DNA of 64,000 nt from NCBI RefSeq assembly GCF_006345805.1, contig NC_043001.1:69130001-69194000 (forward strand), read 5' to 3'. The position numbers were made by a program, and so were the translations under genes. The notes beneath the pieces are model-generated. The model had not been told where the DNA came from and ran no database searches. It worked only from the letters and a program-made list of their open reading frames with translations. Shown in pieces: positions 62,080 through 64,000 of this stretch (the first letter of the stretch is position 1; every line of letters starts with the position of its first letter). This stretch comes from Octopus sinensis (Eukaryota).

Positions 62080-63215
62080 TTGCTGGACAACTGATGTTGG
62101 TGTGTTTACATCTACGTAATGTAGCAGTTCGGCAAAAGAGTTCGACAGAATAAGTACTAGGAAAAGAATATGTCCAAGGGCCGATATCGTCATCTAAAAT
62201 CGCTTAAGGCGGTGCTCCATATGTTTGTGATGTGTGTGTGTGTGTGCGTGCGCGCGTGTTTGCTTGTGCGCTCCCAACAAACATCACTTGGGTAAGTGTC
62301 TCCAACCTCTGTTCCACAGATCTCTACATCTTCGTTCGTATTTTTTTTCTCTGTTTCTTAGAAGAAGCTTGTTTCCTGTCACCTCGATTAAGTCTTGACT
62401 CTCTTTTCAACGCATAACTGAGTCCCTAACTAAGCATAAATCACACTTCTTCACAAACGTTGTCACACTTGGAAATCTTTTATATCATATTTTGTTTTAT
62501 TCTCCTTACAACTGGCAACTTAGGTCTATTCAAAGTAACATTTTCAGTCAATATACACAGCTATTTTTATATTTTTTCTAAAATATATAACAGCAAAAAC
62601 AGAGATGTTCAGAGTGTTTAGAATGAAATACTGTCTAATTGCTTTAAAAAGAAATGCTGCTAGACATAAATATATACAATGTCATGCAGGTACATACATT
62701 TGAAATACAGTAATGATTACTGAACGAAGATTTGTACAAGTGGTATTAACTCAAAGTTAATGCAAATAATTGGAGCATCGAACTGCAACAACAGACAACA
62801 CACAGATAAATGAAACTGAGTTGAGATTAATCAAAATTGAACCGTTGCAGATACATTAAATATGCAGCGTAGAAGTGTAGTATGAAATTTGCTTCTGAAC
62901 CACGTTGTCCCTGGATGAGTTACATGCGTGACATCTGCAGCAAGTGTATTCTACTATGGCCTAGGGCCGTTCAAAGTCTTGTCTATGAATTTCTTACACA
63001 GGAACTGAAAGGAACCGTTCGTATATATGTGTGTGAGCATGTGTGTGTACGTGTGAGTGTGTGTGTCTTTGTGTCTGTATTTATAGCTGTCCACCTCTTG
63101 ACAACAAGAAATGGTGTGTTTAATTCACCATAGCCTAGCAGTTCGACAAATGGGCTAGATAGAATAAGTACCGGGTGTAAACCAAAAACAAGTACTGCGA
63201 TTTTTCGACTAAATT
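62080..63215 (+). mobile_element. Two SINE family 1 3'-half remnants (about 62080-62222 and 63075-63215)
   Basis: tggtgtgttta..gcagttcg..agaataagtac motifs following (TG)n. Confidence 0.7.
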
Positions 63216-63236
63216 GTATATATATATATATATATA

Positions 63237-63291
<55 letters not shown>

Positions 63292-63559
63292 TTGTGTGTG
63301 TGTGCGTGTGTGTGTATATATATATATATATTATATTCACTATTACCTCGACTGCCAAAGTGCAATAGTTAACTTAGATGTAGGACACCATTTCAAGCTT
63401 GTTATGCAATCATTTACGTTTCATTAACGCATTACATATAACGTACAAGTATTTGACAGTAAAAGCTTGCGAGATTAATAAATTTATGAAAGAAATAAAA
63501 TTCAAATGATTTGTTTTGTTCTTATCTAGTGTATGTATACACACAAACGCACACACACG

Positions 63560-63621
<62 letters not shown>

Positions 63622-64000
63622 AACACACACATTTTATATGTATGTATTCAAGTATATATAGGGATTGAGAAATACCTAATTTATACTGAGTTCCATTACT
63701 ACTATTTTTATTCTCAAGTCGATACTTGCGCACGTGTAAGTGTGTGTACGTGTATGTGTATGCACGTGTGTGTATATGCGTGCACGTACGTGTGTGTGTA
63801 CGTGTGTGTGTGTGTGTGTATGTGTGTGTGTGCGAGTGTATGCATAATCACATTCGATATATATTGTTTTATTACGGATACGGAACTTTAAACCATGTAG
63901 ATATGACTTTAAAGCGCTTTGTTACATACGTATCGTATAAGCTCCACTCTTCAATTTAATTTGTATTATTTACAAAATGTGTTATAATTGCATAATTTAC

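Overview
AT-rich, microsatellite-saturated eukaryotic DNA, by inference a cephalopod (Octopus-like SINE families and (TA)n/(CA)n load). Almost every ORF in the track is a microsatellite artefact. Recognisable content: a 5'-truncated CR1/L2-group LINE with an unbroken 916-aa APE-RT frame; an ORF1-only (HAL1-like) L1/Tx1-type element with a 16-bp TSD inside a SINE; a decayed mariner; a decayed autonomous Helitron and a non-autonomous one; R4/Dong and RTE remnants; many tRNA-derived SINEs; and a phase-consistent chain of six small exons at 44.4-46.8 kb. The main result is about a dozen type I hammerhead ribozyme (HHR) or HHR-like motifs from at least six unrelated repeat families, all with a short palindromic stem III. 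The best case is an 860-bp element whose two apparently identical 267-bp direct repeats each carry a canonical GUC-cleaving HHR, predicting a 593-nt self-excised, retrozyme-like RNA. Also notable are a perfect 114-bp-arm palindrome nested in a larger HHR-bearing inverted repeat and a LINE/SINE shared 3' structure with compensatory base changes. All structures were folded and aligned by eye; no database search was possible.
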